Source: Hemiscyllium ocellatum (Eukaryota). Taken from it: a stretch of DNA of 64,000 bases. The stretch covers positions 35,755,877-35,819,876 of the forward strand of contig NC_083429.1 of NCBI RefSeq assembly GCF_020745735.1, in the 5' to 3' direction. The notes under the pieces were generated by a model that was not told where the DNA came from, ran no database searches, and was given only the letters and a program-made list of their open reading frames with translations. The position numbers and the translations under genes were made by a program. Below, in pieces: positions 13,636-25,690 of the stretch; position 1 is the stretch's first letter; every line of letters begins with the position of its first letter.

Positions 13636-13780
13636 ACCACCACCCCCCCCACCACCACCACCCACCATCCCCACCCCCCACCACCACCACCACCCCCCCC
13701 CCACCCCACCCCCCACCACCACCACCACCACCCCCACCCCCCCACCCTACCCCACCACCACCACCCCCCACCACCATCCC
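13636..13780 (+). repeat. (CCA)n / poly-C low-complexity tract
   Basis: Seen directly. It accounts for the spurious poly-Pro/Gly/His/Trp ORFs. Confidence 0.95.
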
Positions 13781-14280
13781 TTAGATTGTAAATAATGACA
13801 AAACTGTTCACAAATCGAATAGCCACCCAGACGAGAACAGAAATAGCTGGAGAAACTCAGCAGGTCCTGCAGCATCTGTGAAGAGAGAAACATAGTTAAC
13901 GTTTCGAGCCCAATTATCCTTTTTCAGAATGACATCCAACTGGATCCATTTACTTCGTTTAACTCAATGGACTGTGAGGTTACAGAGTGGAGTCTGAAGA
14001 TCAGAGTGAAGATGTAGGGACTTATATTAATGTAACATATTTAATGTCCAGACAGGTTCGCAGCCACTAAACTAATTTTGAAGTTATCATAGATGTACTG
14101 TATACACAGAAATCACCTACAAACAGTATATGTGCAAGTGACCAGTTTTTTTTTGTTAAACCAAGGGATGTGGAGTATTTGATTAAATGCTTGGCACATA
14201 GGATAATCAAGACTAATGGAAGTTGAAGAAAATGAATTAGTACTGTTCCCATTGAATCTGTGTTTAGAATATTGTTCTAG

Positions 14281-15260
14281 TCATAGAGATGTACAGTATG
14301 GAAACAGACGCTTCGGTCCAACCCGTCCATGCTGACCAGATATCCCAACCCAACCTAGTCCCACCTGCCAGCACCCGGCCCATATCCCTCCAAACCCTTC
14401 CTATTCATATACCCATCCAAATGCCTCTTAAATGTTGCAATTATACCAGCCTCCACCACATCCTCTGGCAGCTCATTCCATATACGTACCACCCTCTGCG
14501 TGAAAAAGTTGTCCCTTGGGTCTCTCTTATATCTTTCCCCTCTCACCCTAAACATATGCCCTCTAGTTCTGGACTCCCCAACCCCAGGGAAAAGACTTTG
14601 TCTATTTATCCTATCCATGCCCCTCATAATTTTGTAAACATCTATAAGGTCACCCCTCAGCCTCCAACGTTCTAGGGAAAACAGCCCCAGCCTGTTCAGC
14701 CTCTCCCTGTAGCTCAGATCCTCCAACCCTGGCAACATCCTTGTAAATCTTTTCTGAACCTTTTCTGAATCTTTTGCGGCACGGTGGCACAGTGGTTAGC
14801 ACTGCTGCCTCACAGCGCCAGAGACCCGGGTTCAATTCCCGCCTCAGGCGACTGACTGTGTGGAGTTTGCACGTTCTCCCCGTGTCTGCGTGGGTTTCCT
14901 CCGGGTGCTCTGGTTTCCTCCCACAGTCCAAAGATGTGCAGGCCAGGTGAATTGGCCATGCTAAATTGCCCGTAGTGTTAGGTAAGGGGCAAATGTAAGG
15001 GTAGGGGCATGGGTGGGTTTCGCTTCGGCGGGTCGGTGTGGACTTGTTGGGCCGAAGGGCCTGTTTCCACACTGTAAGTAATCTAATGAAACCCTTTCAA
15101 GTTTCGCAACATCTTTCCGATAGGAAGGAGACCAGAATTGCACACAATATTCCAACAGTGACCTAACCAATGCCCTGTACAGCCGCAATATGACCTCCCA
15201 AATCCTGTACTCAATACTCTGACCAATAAAGGAAAGCATACCAAACACCACCTTCACTAA
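14281..15260 (-). mobile_element. CR1/HER1 LINE 3' fragment carrying an HE1 SINE
   Basis: ORFs 14355-14738 and 14961-15296 encode the CR1 RT C-terminus (LEYCVQFWSP; RLGLFSLERWRLRGDLIDVYKIM). Confidence 0.92.
14776..15086 (+). mobile_element. HE1-type tRNA-derived SINE
   Basis: A-box (TGGCACAGTGG) and B-box (GGTTCAATTCC), conserved body and (TAATC)n tail. Near-identical to copies at 31358, 40245 and 49367. Confidence 0.92.
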
Positions 15261-15929
15261 TCCTTTGAAAAAGGATTTTTTAGGGAAGGACAACAAATGC
15301 TAGCCTTGCTAGTGATGTCCAAATTTGATGAATGGTTATAGCAAAAATAACATCCGTGATTAAGGAATTGAGCTATGGGGAGTTTTGGTATAATTATGTT
15401 GTTTGAAAATGAAATTGAAGGTTTTTATTCACAAGACGCCCAATGTTTAATGGAGGAACTCTCTTTTGGGGAAGACTAGATTAAAGGAACATAACCTTGG
15501 AATTCAACTTAAGTGCAACTGTGAAAATGTTGCAAAAGCTAAAGATGCAAAATTGATTGAAGGAGTTTTAAAAGGAAAGACTGTTAAGAAACATTTAGAA
15601 ACAAAAAGGGATAAAAAAACAAATTGCTCAAGAAACTCAGGTCTAGGAGCATCTAGAGAGAGAAAAACATAGTTAATCTTGTTCTGAAGAAGAGACCCAT
15701 AGGTTTCAAAATGTTAACTCTGTTTCCCTCTCCACAGATGGAGAGATGCTCGTAAAATAGTATCGACTCAATGGGCTGAATGGTTAAGTTTTTATCTGAT
15801 AAATTTATCTGCTGCACAGTATTCATTGAATTAGCTGTCAATGCATCCTAACCATTCCATTGAGCTAACTGATAAAGAGAAATTGTTATTGTACACACTC
15901 AGAAAGGTAAATTACGCCAATGCGTTTTA

Positions 15930-18670
15930 TATTCGGGTTCTAAGTTTTCTAGCTGAGCTGGAAGATTTGTTTTCAGATGTTTCATCACCATGCTAGGTAA
16001 CGTCATGAGTGAGCCTCCGTTGAAGTGCTGGTGTTCAGTGTCGCTTTCTATTTGTGTGTAGTGGTCTGTTGTGGTATGTCATATCACTTCCAATTCTTTT
16101 TCTGAGAGGTTGGTAAATGGAGTCCAAATCAATGTGTTTGTTGATGGAGTTCCAGTTTGAATGCCAAGCCTGTAAGAATTCCTGTGCGTGCCTTTGTTGA
16201 GCCTGCCCAAGATGGATGTATTGTCCTAGTCGAACTGGTGTCCCTCATCGACTGTGTCTAAGGATAGTAGTGACAGTTGCTCATTATTTTGGTGGTTAGT
16301 CTGTGCTCGTGTATCCTGGTGGCTAGTTTCCTGCTAGTCTGTCTAATGTAATGTTTTTTGCAGTCTTTGCAGGGAATTTTGTAAATGACGCTCGTTCTGC
16401 TGGTTGTTGGTTCAGGGCCCTTTAGATTCGTCGAGAGCTGTTTCAGTGGGCTGCCATGATGCCAAAGGGCTGGAGTAGTTTTGTCATCATCTCCGAGATG
16501 TCTTTAATGTATGATAGTGTGGCTAGAGTCTCTGGGTGTGTTGTGTCTTCTTGTTTAGATTTGTTGTGTCAGAATTGGCGGACTGTGCTTGTTGGGTACC
16601 CATTGTTCTTGAATACGTTGTATCAGTGTTTTCAGCATCTTGTAGTTCCTGGGTGCTGCAGTATGTTGTGGCTCATTTAAATAATGTCCTGATGCAGCTC
16701 TGAATGTGAGTGTTGCGATGATTGCTCCTGTAGTTGAGTATCTGGTCTACTGGCATGCAGCTCTCCATTGGCTTTTCATTCTACTGTGACATCTAGGAAG
16801 GGGAATCTATTGTTGTTTTCTTCCTCCTTTGGTGAACTTTATACCAGTAAGAATGTTGTTTATGTCTTTGTGAGTTTCTTCTAATTTGTTCCATTTCATG
16901 ATGACAAAGGTGTCATCCACATAGCGGACCCAAAACTTGGGTTGGATCTTCGGGAGGCATGTTCGTTCCAACCTCTGCATAACTGCTTCTGCCAAGAATC
17001 CTGATATTGGTGATACGATGGATGTCCTGTTACATAGAACATAGAACAATACAGCACAGAACAGGCCCTTCAGCCCATGATGTTGTGCCGAGCATTTGTC
17101 CTAGCTTAAGCACCTATCCATGTACCTATCCAATTGCCGCTTAAAGGTCACCAATGATTCTGACTCTGCCACTCCCACAGGCGGCGCATTCCATGCTCCC
17201 ACCACTCTCTGGGTAAAGAACCTACCCCTGACATTCCCACTATACCTTCCACCCTTCACTTTAAATTTATGTCCCCTTTGTAACACACTGTTGTACCCGG
17301 GGAAAAAGTCTCTGACTGTCTACTCTATCTATTCTCCTGATCATCTTATAAACCTCTATCAAGTCACCCCTCATCCTTCGCCGTTCCAATGAGAAAAGGC
17401 CTAGCACTCTCAACCTATCCTCGTACGACCTATTCTCCATTCCAGGCAACATCCTGGTAAATCTCCTCTGCACCCTTTCCAAAGCTTCCACATCTTTCCT
17501 AAAATGAGGCAACCAGAACTACACACAGTACTCCAAATGTGGCTTTACCAAGCTCCTATGCAGCTGCAACATCACCTCATGACTCTTGAATTCAATCCCT
17601 CGGCTAATACACCATAGGCCGCCTTACAAGCTCTATCTAACTGAGTGGCAACTTTCAAAGATATATGAACATAGACCCCAAGATCCCTCTGCTCCTCCAC
17701 CTTAACCCTGTATTCCGCATTCTTATTTGTCCTTCCAAAATGGACAACCTCACACTTGACAGGGTTGAACTCCATCTGCCACTCCTCAGCCCAGCTCTGC
17801 ATCATATCTAAGTCCCTTTGCAGCCGACAACAGCCCTCCTCACTATCCACAACTCCACCAATCTTCGTATTGTCTGCAACTTTACTGACCCATCCTTTGA
17901 CTCTCTCTTCCAAGTCATTAATAAAAATTACAAACAGCAGAGGACCCAGAACTGATCCCTGCGGAACTCCACTTGTAACTGGGCTCCAGGCTGAATATTT
18001 ACCATCTACCACCACTCTCTGATTTCGACCGGTTAGCCAGTTCCCTATCCAACTGGCCAAACTTCCCACTATCCCATGCCTCCTGACTTATCAAATGCCT
18101 TACTAAAATCCATGTCCACTACATCCACTGCTCTACCCTAATCCACATGCTTGGTCACCTCCTCAAAGAATTTAATTGTTGATTTGTTTGTTGATCTTGT
18201 TATTGAAGGTAAAGTGGGTTGTGAGGTACAAGTCTACCATTTTGAGGGTGCTGTCCTTGCTGATGGTGTTGGTGTTGTCTAGTATTTATGTCTTTGGTTT
18301 ATCTAGTAGTGCAGCCAGTGTTTCTTTGGCTAGGGTGATGCTTATTGATGTGAATAGGGTTGTTGTAACGAAGGATACCATGATCTCGTCGTCCTCTACC
18401 TTGGTGTCTTTGATGAGATTTTTTAATTCCTGGGTGGAGTGGTTGGAGTAGCTTGAGTCTTATTTAGGTATTTCAGTTCACGTTGAGGTTCCTTTGCTCG
18501 TCTGTATGTTAGTGTGCTGGGAAGTGACACTATGGGTCTGAGGGGGACCCCCTGGTTTGTGTACATTTGGTAATTTGTAGAAATGGGTTTATTGGACCAT
18601 TCAGGTTTCATTGTTTGGAGGTCTATCTTGTTAATTTCACCTGTCTTGTGGAGTTTCTTCAGTGATGCTG
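15930..18670 (-). mobile_element. Penelope-like element (RT + GIY-YIG), decayed and interrupted by CR1
   Basis: PLRPIVSLP (about 18530), SPISGFLAEAVMQRLE...WVRYVDDTFVI (16807-17049), VIYKIPCKDCKKHYIRQTSRKLATRIHEH (about 16300-16400), and a degenerate hammerhead-like motif near 15975-16010. Confidence 0.88.
17033..18175 (-). mobile_element. CR1 LINE RT fragment nested in the Penelope element
   Basis: SGVPQGSVLGPLLFVIFINDL...ADNTK (17572-18069) plus the C-terminal region and a CATAGAA-repeat 3' tail. Confidence 0.93.
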
Positions 18671-19798
18671 TATTGTAAATCGATCTAAGTAAAAGTGTTG
18701 CATTTCATTAGTACTGTTCACAACCACCAGATTTTACAATGTGCTTTGAAGCCAACTAAGTACTCTTGCTGTATAGTCATGTAATTATTTTTACTCTTTT
18801 GCAGGACATGGGTTTCGCTTAGGCCAGTATTATGACCTTTCCCTAACTATCTAGAAAGCAGTTAGGAATCAACCACATTGTTGTGCGTCTGAAGTGATAT
18901 CTCAGCTAGACCAGGTAAGGATGCAGATTTTCTTTTCTGAAGGACAGTTGTGAACCAGGTCAGTTATTATGACAATCAACAGTGATTATACAGTTAATTA
19001 TGGTATCTCTCTCTCCCAGTGTTTATATTGAATTCAAATTTCACTGACAGTGAGAATCAGAATATTGTCTTGTGGTATTTGTTTAGGGTTCTGAATTGCT
19101 ACTCCAGCGACAACACCAGTAGGCCACCACCACCCCATTTGTACAGAGCAAGCTCCCACAAGTAGCATCGCAATTAAGTATAGATTTTTTTTTGTGATGA
19201 TGTTTGAAAATCGGATATTGAACACGATGCCTGGATCACTCCCTTGCTTCACTTGTGGATAGGTCAAGAGCATCCTTTACACCCATTGGAAAGGAAAAAT
19301 TCAGCATCAGTTTAATATCTCATCCGAATGACAGCACTTCCCACAGCGCAACTAACTGTATTGTCAGTGAAAGGTTTCATGCTCAGGACCTTGAGTGGCA
19401 CTTTTAACACAAACTTTTAATTTGGAGGTGAAAGTGTAACTAATTGAACCACGGCTCATAAGAACATGGGGTGTGACAGACTCATTTCCTTTGAATTAAG
19501 AACTAAGGAGCTCGAAATATCAAAACGAGTCAGGTTTCATTGTTTGGAGATCCGTCTTGTTAATTTCCCCTGTCTTGTGGAGTTTCTTCAGTGATGCTGT
19601 ATTGTAAATCGATCTAAGTAAAAGTGTTGCATTTCATTAGTACTGTTCACAACCACCAGATTTTGCAATGTGCTTTGAAGCCAACTAAGTACTCTTGTTG
19701 TATAGTCATGTAATTATTTTTACTCTTTTGCAGGACATGGGTTTCGCTTTGGCCAGTATTTATTACCTATCCCTAACTATCTAGAAAGCAGTTAGGAA
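18601..19798 (+). repeat. About 270-bp direct duplication (18601-18868 and 19530-19798)
   Basis: Both copies run TCAGGTTTCATTGTTTGGAG...GCAGTTAGGAA with few mismatches. Confidence 0.9.
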
Positions 19799-19904
19799 GC
19801 AGTTAGGTAGGAGTATAATAAATGAGATACATATGCTTTATGTTTACTAAATCCCATATTTTTTGTATTGTGTTTGTGCATACTTCAGTGCCAACAGAGG
19901 CTAC

Positions 19905-21483
19905 ATGGACAGTGAAGTACAAAGAGATGGCAGAATCCTGGACCTTATTGATGATGCATGGCGTGAGGACAAACTGCCATATGAAGATGTGGAAATACCA
20001 CTAGTATGTACAGAATCCGTTCTTGTAATAATAATGGTGTGAAGGCGCATCATTTTGGAGTGTAAAATCAGTTAAAATGCGAGAGCAGCCTCTATACGTA
20101 TGCGGCAAAATGAAAGCAAGAGAATGACTGCCTCCTATTTTGGCAATTGAAGCAAACTTTTCTAGTTTTTTTGTGTTGATTCTAGTTTTTTTTAAGATTG
20201 TAATTGTCTCAGAAAAGTCAGCCACTGTGTTAGACACATTTAACCAAGAGGCAGGAAGGGAAGCTGGTGGAAAAGTATAAAGGGTGTTGATGGAAAGGCA
20301 GGAAAGTGGAGGTTGAGGGGTATAAGATCATCTATGGTCATATTGAATGGTGGAACAGATGCAATGGGCTGCTGTGTCTTATGGTCTATGATCTTAAATT
20401 GTTGTTTATTATTTGGTATTGCTGTGTTTCTATCTTGTTTTTTTAAAATGTGTGTCACCACGTTCATTCATGTGAAGATCATTGGGAAATTTGTGAGAGT
20501 CATTATATTGCTCCATATGCACTAAACATCTGGAGCATGCTGAAATTTTTTATGGTGTTAACATCCTTTTTTTCTGCAAGTAAATTCTGTTTAGAAGAAG
20601 TTGTTTGTTGAAATGTCACATACTACACCATTAGGAGTTGAAGTAAGCAAGCTCTACTTGTTACTATCCCCTGGGTAATTAAAGCATGAAGTGGCCCGAT
20701 GCCATGGAAAATCTGTCGAAATTCCTGACAAAGGGCTTTTGCCTGAAACATCGATTTTCCTGCACCTCGGATGCTGCCTGACCTGCTGTGCTTTTCCAGC
20801 ACCATATTCTCGACTCTGATCTTCGGCATCTGCAGTCCTCACATTCTCCCCGTAGGTAATTTAGCCCTACATGCCAGCTCTACCATTCAGTGAGGTCATG
20901 GCTGATGCCCTATTTCAGACCACTTTTTTTTCCTCCATTATTCCTATATTTCTCTTTTTGTTTAATGTGTAGAAGTCTGTCAGTCTCAATTTTGAAATAC
21001 TCAGTGACTGACCCTCCACAGCCCTCTGGGGCAGAGAATTTCAGATATTCACCATTTTCTCAGTGAAGACCATGCTTTTCTTCTCAGTTCTAAATGGTCT
21101 GCCTCTTATTTTTGAGATTGTGTACCTGCCTTTAGGCACCACAGCCAGGAAAATATCTTTACAGCACCTGCCCTATTGATCATTGTAAAAAATGTGTATG
21201 TTTGAATGAGATCACCTTTTCATTCTTCAAAACTCAAACGATCATAGGTCCAGTGTATTTAATCTTTCCCCATAGGACAATCCCTGGAACCCAGGAGCTA
21301 GTTTCATGAACTAAGACAGCAATCTTAACAATTCCACTCTTTTTTTTCTCTTTGTAGAGCGAACTTCCAGAACCTGAACAGGATAATGGAGGAACGACTG
21401 AATCTATTAATGAACAAGATATGAAATGGACTGATCTAGCCCTACAAAACCTGCATGAAAATACCCCCTCTGCAGGAAGCTAA
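19905..21483 (+). CDS. ANAPC13: Anaphase-promoting complex subunit 13; join(19905..20003,21358..21483), 74 aa
   Basis: MDSEVQRDGRILDLIDDAWREDKLPYEDVEIPL + SELPEPEQDNGGTTESINEQDMKWTDLALQNLHENTPSAGS*, nearly identical to recalled vertebrate APC13. GT-AG intron; several AATAAA signals at about 21.7-21.9 kb. Confidence 0.98.
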
Positions 21484-23619
21484 CATCAATACAAACATAG
21501 GCCTATTTCTCTATTACCATATTCTTCTCTTGCCAGATGTGTTGCTGTCAGAGAGCTTGGTCTCAAATGAAGATGTACTGTCAGCCATTGTGTCTATATC
21601 ATTGCCAGTGTTACATACCAGAACGAAAACTTGACAAACACATTCAGTTTGTCCATGAAGAAGTATATACATAATAAAAAAAGTACATATTTAGCTGTCA
21701 AAATTTAGCCCTACTTATTTTAGCATTCAAGTAAATAACTTATTTTTATTGAATAAATCAATAGGAAAACAATGCTGTGTTGTGAAAGTAATTCCCATGA
21801 TAACGGAATGTTATTCCCTCATTACAACAGGATTTCACCTTAAATAATCCTGTTACACAACAGATTTCACTTGTTTAGAAATAAATAAAAATATTATGAA
21901 TCGCTGCACTGGGTTTCAGCATTAAATTCCATAATTCACTGTAGTCTTATCACAGGAAAGCATTTAACATTTTATGTCAGTAAAATAGGTCTGGTTCCAG
22001 ATTGTGTGATGAAATACTCAAGGAATAGAGTCATTCAGCATGGAAACAGACCCTTCGGTCCAACTCATCCAGACATCGCAATCTGACCTAATCCCATTTG
22101 CCAGCATTTGGCCCATTAAGCCGTTCTATTCTTATGTCTGGATGCGTTTTAAATGTTGTAATTGTTCCTACCTCAATGCCTGCAAGCATCTGCTGGAGCC
22201 CAGTGAGATTTCAATCAAATTAATGACGTGCAATCAAGAAGTAGTTTAAGTAATATCACTTTTGAAAAACAATGCTTATGTTTGATTTTTGAGTTTTACA
22301 AAGTCTTTCAGTTGGATTGTAGAATGCTTGAGGCTATCTTTATAAGAAGTGACTGTGTTGCAGCTTTGATTTCGTTTGTTGCTAAAACTACAATAAAATT
22401 TTAGCAATATAAAGAGAACTGATTCTAGCAAATAATTCTTTATCCAATTCAGGGTGTAAAATGTCAGTAATTGTGACAACTGTTAGTAAGAAATACATGT
22501 GTGAAATTAAATAATCAGTCTGTACTAGAAGATGCTTTTATTAATATAAGCAGTGTCATGTGAATGGTAAATATGGGCTACGAAGTGTCAACTTGTATCA
22601 CTTGATTTTAAATCTGAGATTTTCATAGCCTAAAATAGTTTTAAAAAGACATCACTAACCTAAATTACCTACATCAATCATCTGCCCACAAAGTGAAGTA
22701 AATTCAGAAAACCACTGGAGACATCAAAACAAATTGATAGAATTAGGCTTCAAGAAACTCATCTTTTCAGTTTACACTTTTATGAAAAGATGCACATATA
22801 TTGGAATTGAAAGGTTGGCTGTAAATATCCAACTTTGAAAAACAAAGTAGCCAGAATTGGGAATACAGAAATCTATTATATTTTAGTAGCTGCTTAGCAC
22901 AGTAGCAGACAGAAAGAATAATCGATAATCTATTTTCAATAGCAAAACCAGGAAGTCTACCTCCCTCTTTCTTCCTCATCTTGAAAATAGTGTTCAGTGA
23001 AACAATAAGCCAGAAAACAACTATTTATTGAGAACTGATTTCACTACATCTGAGAATATCAGTCTCCAAGTAAACAATAGTGGTTTCAGGTCAACACCTC
23101 CATGATTCTTAAGAATTTAAACTATAACTTTTTAAATTCTTATCTGTAACCAGATACTCTTTAAATTTTTAACTTGTGTATATGTGTTCGATGTTGCATT
23201 TTATTGATCTTTTGGAAGGCAGAGCAGGCTCGAGGGACTGAACACCCTTCTCCCGTTCCTATTTCTGATTATGTTATTGAAGCAAACAGTTCAATATTCA
23301 CAGAGCTGAGAGTTTACATTCTACTTCCAGATCCTAATCGTCTAAATAAGTTCTGTTTTGATGAAAGTTGACATCAAATTAACAGATAACAGGAAACGTT
23401 TGCATTGAAAGAGTCAAGAATGACTCAAATGGAAAACAAGCAGATGTGAGACTGTGAAAGAAATCACTGAGAAGGAAGAAGTCAAATAAGTGAGCTCATG
23501 GGAAGACCTGGAATATTATTAAAGCCAGACAGCAAAATGGATGAATTCAGAAAAGCTTTAAAAAGTAATGACAGAAGAATTAAACGTGAAAGAGAGAATT
23601 TAGACATCTCAACGAAGGT

Positions 23620-23912
23620 TACATTCCCAACTGTGTGGAAACAGGCCATTTGACCCAACAAGTCCACACCAACCCTCTGAAGAGTAATCCACCTAGACCC
23701 ATTTCCCTTTGACTAATGCACCTAACACTGTGGGTAATTTAGCATAGCCAATTCATCTGGCCTGCACATCTTTTGGATTGTGGGAAGAAACCAGAGCACC
23801 TGGACAAAAACGGAGAGAATGTGCAAACTCCACATAGACAATCACCTGAGGAATTGAACCTGGGTCACTGGCACTGTGAGGCAGTAATGCTAGCCACTGT
23901 GCCACCCACAGT
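23620..23912 (-). mobile_element. Older, diverged HE1-type SINE
   Basis: Reverse complement resembles the HE1 copies with many substitutions. Confidence 0.75.
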
Positions 23913-24069
23913 GCAATGGCTTTGAGTGCAAGAATGAGTTGGACATAGGATTTAAAAATAGAGGCTGGGAACGAATGGAAATGACAGGGCTGGGAAATTG
24001 AACAGAATCCTCAACCCTTTCTGGTATGTGCATAATAAGGATAACTTATTAAGCTATTTTCAAAGTTGA

Positions 24070-24604
24070 TAAATTACTAAGGCCAGAGGAGATGCATCTA
24101 AGGATGCTGATGGGAATAAGAATGGAAATCACTGAGGTAGTGACCAGAATCATCTTAAAGGTGGTGCCACAGGACTGGAGAATTGCAATTGCTTGCACCT
24201 TGTTCAAAAAGGAATACAAGAATAAGTCTAACAGTTGCAGGCTAGTTATTTTAACCTTGACACTAGGAAAGCTTTAGTAAATGATAATCTGGGATAAAAT
24301 CAGATATGTAGACAAATGTACATTAATTAAAGGATGCTAGTATGGATAAAGGCAAATTGAAATTATTAATTTGAGTGATGAAGATAACAAAGAGGGTAAA
24401 TGAGGGTAATGAGAATATGGACTTCCAGAAGGTATTTCATGAAATGCCACATGACAGATTTGTCAGCAAAAGTCAAACCCATGAAATAAAAGTGAAAGTG
24501 ATAGCATGAATACAACGTTGACAGTCATAAGAACCAAATTAGTGGTAAATGGTTGTTTTTCAGACTGGTGGAAGGAATGTAGTGAGTGCACCCAAAGTTG
24601 GTAA
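24070..24604 (+). mobile_element. Decayed CR1 RT fragment that hosted the ERV; continues at 33941-34130
   Basis: VPQDWRIA...LFKK motif. After removing the provirus the flanks rejoin into the PQGSVLGPLL-INDLD-equivalent region and the FADD motif. Confidence 0.75.
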
Positions 24605-25595
24605 TGTTATAAGTGAATTCTGTCTAGGCTTTCTGAATCTCCGGAGAATAGTTCCTGACACTTGGCTAACTATTCTAACTCTAGGGATCTGATTCAGAAC
24701 AACCGGGTCCTGCCTCCGAACTCTGCCAACCGCGGACTGTCCTTTAACCCTTGTATTAAGGGAGACTGTCCGCAAGGTTAAGTTCAAAAAGGCAAACTCC
24801 AAGTTGACTGGTATCAGCCCTTATCCCCACCGGCTATCACTTCTCCCGTGGCAAATCGAAATACTGCGAGACACACACAAACGGAGCAACAGATGTTTAT
24901 TCAATCTTCGAAGATTGGGCGAGTTCCAAAAAGGACTTCGGAAGTCGCAACGGGAGATTTTACAGCACTAATACTTATACATTATTTTTCCATTCAAATA
25001 CATTGGTGATAATTTCATTGGTTTAAACATCTCACGCTATGGATTTTTCTTACATTAAAAATCATTAATGACAATTCCATTGGTTAAAGCATTTCACGCT
25101 TTTCTCTGCCAATTTCTTTAATTAAAATGTTATATTATTTTACAATTTCTGCTATTTGGTATCTTCATGTTCTACTAGTTATAACATTTATTGATTTTTG
25201 TGTATGTCATGAAAAGAGCTTTCATTGTATTTTGCCCTCTGTGTCTAATTGAAGCATTCCTTGGTTTCTTGCCCAAGGTTACCATGTTCCTGGCTTTACA
25301 GAGGTAACTTCTAGTTCATGCTTCATTATGGCCTAGTCAATCATTAGTTTCATAATTTAGCTTCTATTCATTAAACCTCAGTTTTAGTACAGTGAGTGTG
25401 NNNNNNNNNNNNNNNNNNNNNNNNNNNNNNNNNNNNNNNNNNNNNNNNNNNNNNNNNNNNNNNNNNNNNNNNNNNNNNNNNNNNNNNNNNNNNNNNNNNN
25501 NNNNNNNNNNNNNNNNNNNNNNNNNNNNNNNNNNNNNNNNNNNNNNNNNNNNNNNNNNNNTGTGTAGGTGTGTGTATGTGTGTGGGTTATGTGTG

Positions 25596-25630
<35 letters not shown>

Positions 25631-25673
25631 TGTGTGAATGCATGAAACTGCAGAAATTACATTAACCATATCA
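24605..25673 (-). repeat. ERV 3' LTR
   Basis: Matches 32867-33940 with about 6 substitutions over about 790 readable nt. On the minus strand: three CCAAT boxes, TATAAG (about 24975) and AATAAA (about 24900). Contains a (TG)n tract with an assembly gap. Confidence 0.96.
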
Positions 25674-25690
25674 ATCCCCCCTGTCTTTTT
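25674..25690 (-). promoter_or_regulatory. Polypurine tract
   Basis: AAAAAGACAGGGGGGAT immediately before the 3' LTR. Confidence 0.9.

Noticed and set aside
13439-13826. Poly-Gly/Pro/His/Trp ORFs
   Set aside because: Translations of a (CCA)n/poly-C tract with no gene structure.
14776-14850. tRNA-like A/B boxes
   Set aside because: SINE head rather than a tRNA gene; it continues into the SINE body.
14650-15072. Recurrent MWKQALRPNKSTPTRRS ORF (also at 31388, 40136, 49471)
   Set aside because: Antisense reading of the HE1 SINE, not a gene family.
25364-25669. ORFs spanning N-runs (also 33633-33966)
   Set aside because: Assembly-gap artefacts.
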